Shown here one piece after another: positions 57,945 through 58,640 of a DNA stretch of 58,640 nucleotides. The notes under the pieces are model-generated. The model made no database searches. It worked only from the letters and a program-made list of their open reading frames with translations, and was not told the DNA's origin. The stretch lies in IMG/VR virus record IMGVR_UViG_3300009182_000072, positions 1-58,640 of that record; one strand, written 5' to 3'. The stretch comes from a virus (taxonomy: Duplodnaviria; Caudoviricetes). A program made the translations under genes and the position numbers. Every line of letters begins with the position of its first letter. Position 1 is the stretch's first letter.

Positions 57945-58205
57945 ATGGCAGATATAATTGCAGTTGTAGATGATCCAACCCAATCAATAATCACTGCCAC
58001 CACAAGTACTGGTGGTACGACTATTATAACAAATAGTAATTTGACAAATGTAGATAGTATAAGTGTAAGTTCTCTTTCAGCGATTGGTAATGTAGATACA
58101 ACAACGCTTAATAATGGGGCGATATTAATATACAAAACAACCACAAATAAGTGGACATCCACCACCACCCTCGATGGTCAAAACATGGAAGGTGGAGAAT
58201 TTTAA
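57945..58205 (+). CDS. small structural protein
   Basis: NGAILIY..TTNKW...MEGGEF; in late operon. Confidence 0.7.
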   Translation: MADIIAVVDDPTQSIITATTSTGGTTIITNSNLTNVDSISVSSLSAIGNVDTTTLNNGAILIYKTTTNKWTSTTTLDGQNMEGGEF

Positions 58206-58219
58206 TCGGAGAATAAAAA

Positions 58220-58640
58220 ATGGCATCAATAATTAGAATAAAGCGTTCTTCCACAGCAGGTAATCCTAGTACTCTTGCAGCTGGTGAATTAGCCTACTCA
58301 GCATATGCAGGAGCAGGTGGTAATCGTTTATACGTTGGTATAGGCGCAGAGACTTCAGGTAATGCTGCAAATCACTATGTGATCGGTGGTACTTACTATA
58401 CTGGTTTAATAGACGCATCAACTGCGGGTACATTAAATACTGCAGCATCGTCAATCCCAGTTCTTTCCGCAACTGGTACAATTGACAAGTGGTTAGTTGG
58501 TAATTTACAGTTAACTAGTAATACACTAAGCACTACTGATACAAATGGTAACTTAGTACTTAATCCAAATGGCACTGGCATGGTGCAAATTGCTGGTACT
58601 TGGACACTACCAAGATCAGCTGGCACTAATGGATATATCC
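58220..58640 (+). CDS. fibre-like protein, truncated by the window end (not in ORF track)
   Basis: GGAG SD; MASIIRIKRSSTAGNPSTLAAGELAYS...; open to the end of the window. Confidence 0.8.
   Translation, partial: MASIIRIKRSSTAGNPSTLAAGELAYSAYAGAGGNRLYVGIGAETSGNAANHYVIGGTYYTGLIDASTAGTLNTAASSIPVLSATGTIDKWLVGNLQLTSNTLSTTDTNGNLVLNPNGTGMVQIAGTWTLPRSAGTNGYI

Noticed and set aside
46964-58640. Diversity-generating retroelement acting on fibre genes
   Set aside because: No reverse transcriptase in the window and no template/variable repeat pair differing only at adenines was seen; the paralogous segments differ broadly.
1-58640. Stop-codon reassignment or intron/intein-split core genes
   Set aside because: Core genes translate full-length in the standard code and TAA, TGA and TAG all end genes; no splice or intein motifs were recognised by eye.

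Overview
A 58.6 kb segment of a T4-like myovirus genome, AT-rich and read with the standard genetic code. The host is probably an aquatic Gram-negative proteobacterium (inference). 1-14.8 kb is a dense accessory region driven by a conserved sigma70-like promoter, TT(G/T)ACT-N17-TATAAT. It encodes an HNH nuclease, metallophosphoesterase, MazG-like NTP pyrophosphatase, HAD nucleotidase, DenV-like glycosylase, glycosyltransferase-like proteins, PhoH, a GH19 endolysin, an exonuclease, an outer-membrane beta-barrel, a SleB-like hydrolase and ClpP. 14.75-16.7 kb holds genes 33-59-32. A minus-strand late operon follows (4, 2, 54, holin, 16, 26, 51, tape measure), then the plus-strand baseplate and fibre operon (48, 53, 27-like, 5, 25, 6, 7, 8, VrlC-like, two LamG/SPRY adhesin plus chaperone cassettes). 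Main observations: (i) a complete circularly permuted two-piece tmRNA gene (G3-U70 acceptor stem, encoded CCA, tag ANDSQFALAA) under a phage promoter, about 2 kb from a phage ClpP; (ii) apparently systematic leaderless transcripts; (iii) a candidate SD-stimulated -1 frameshift fusing gp26 to gp51 just upstream of the tape measure gene, like lambda G/GT; (iv) a candidate pseudoknot/CA-repeat leader RNA. All protein calls rest on motifs and synteny read by eye; no database searches were run.
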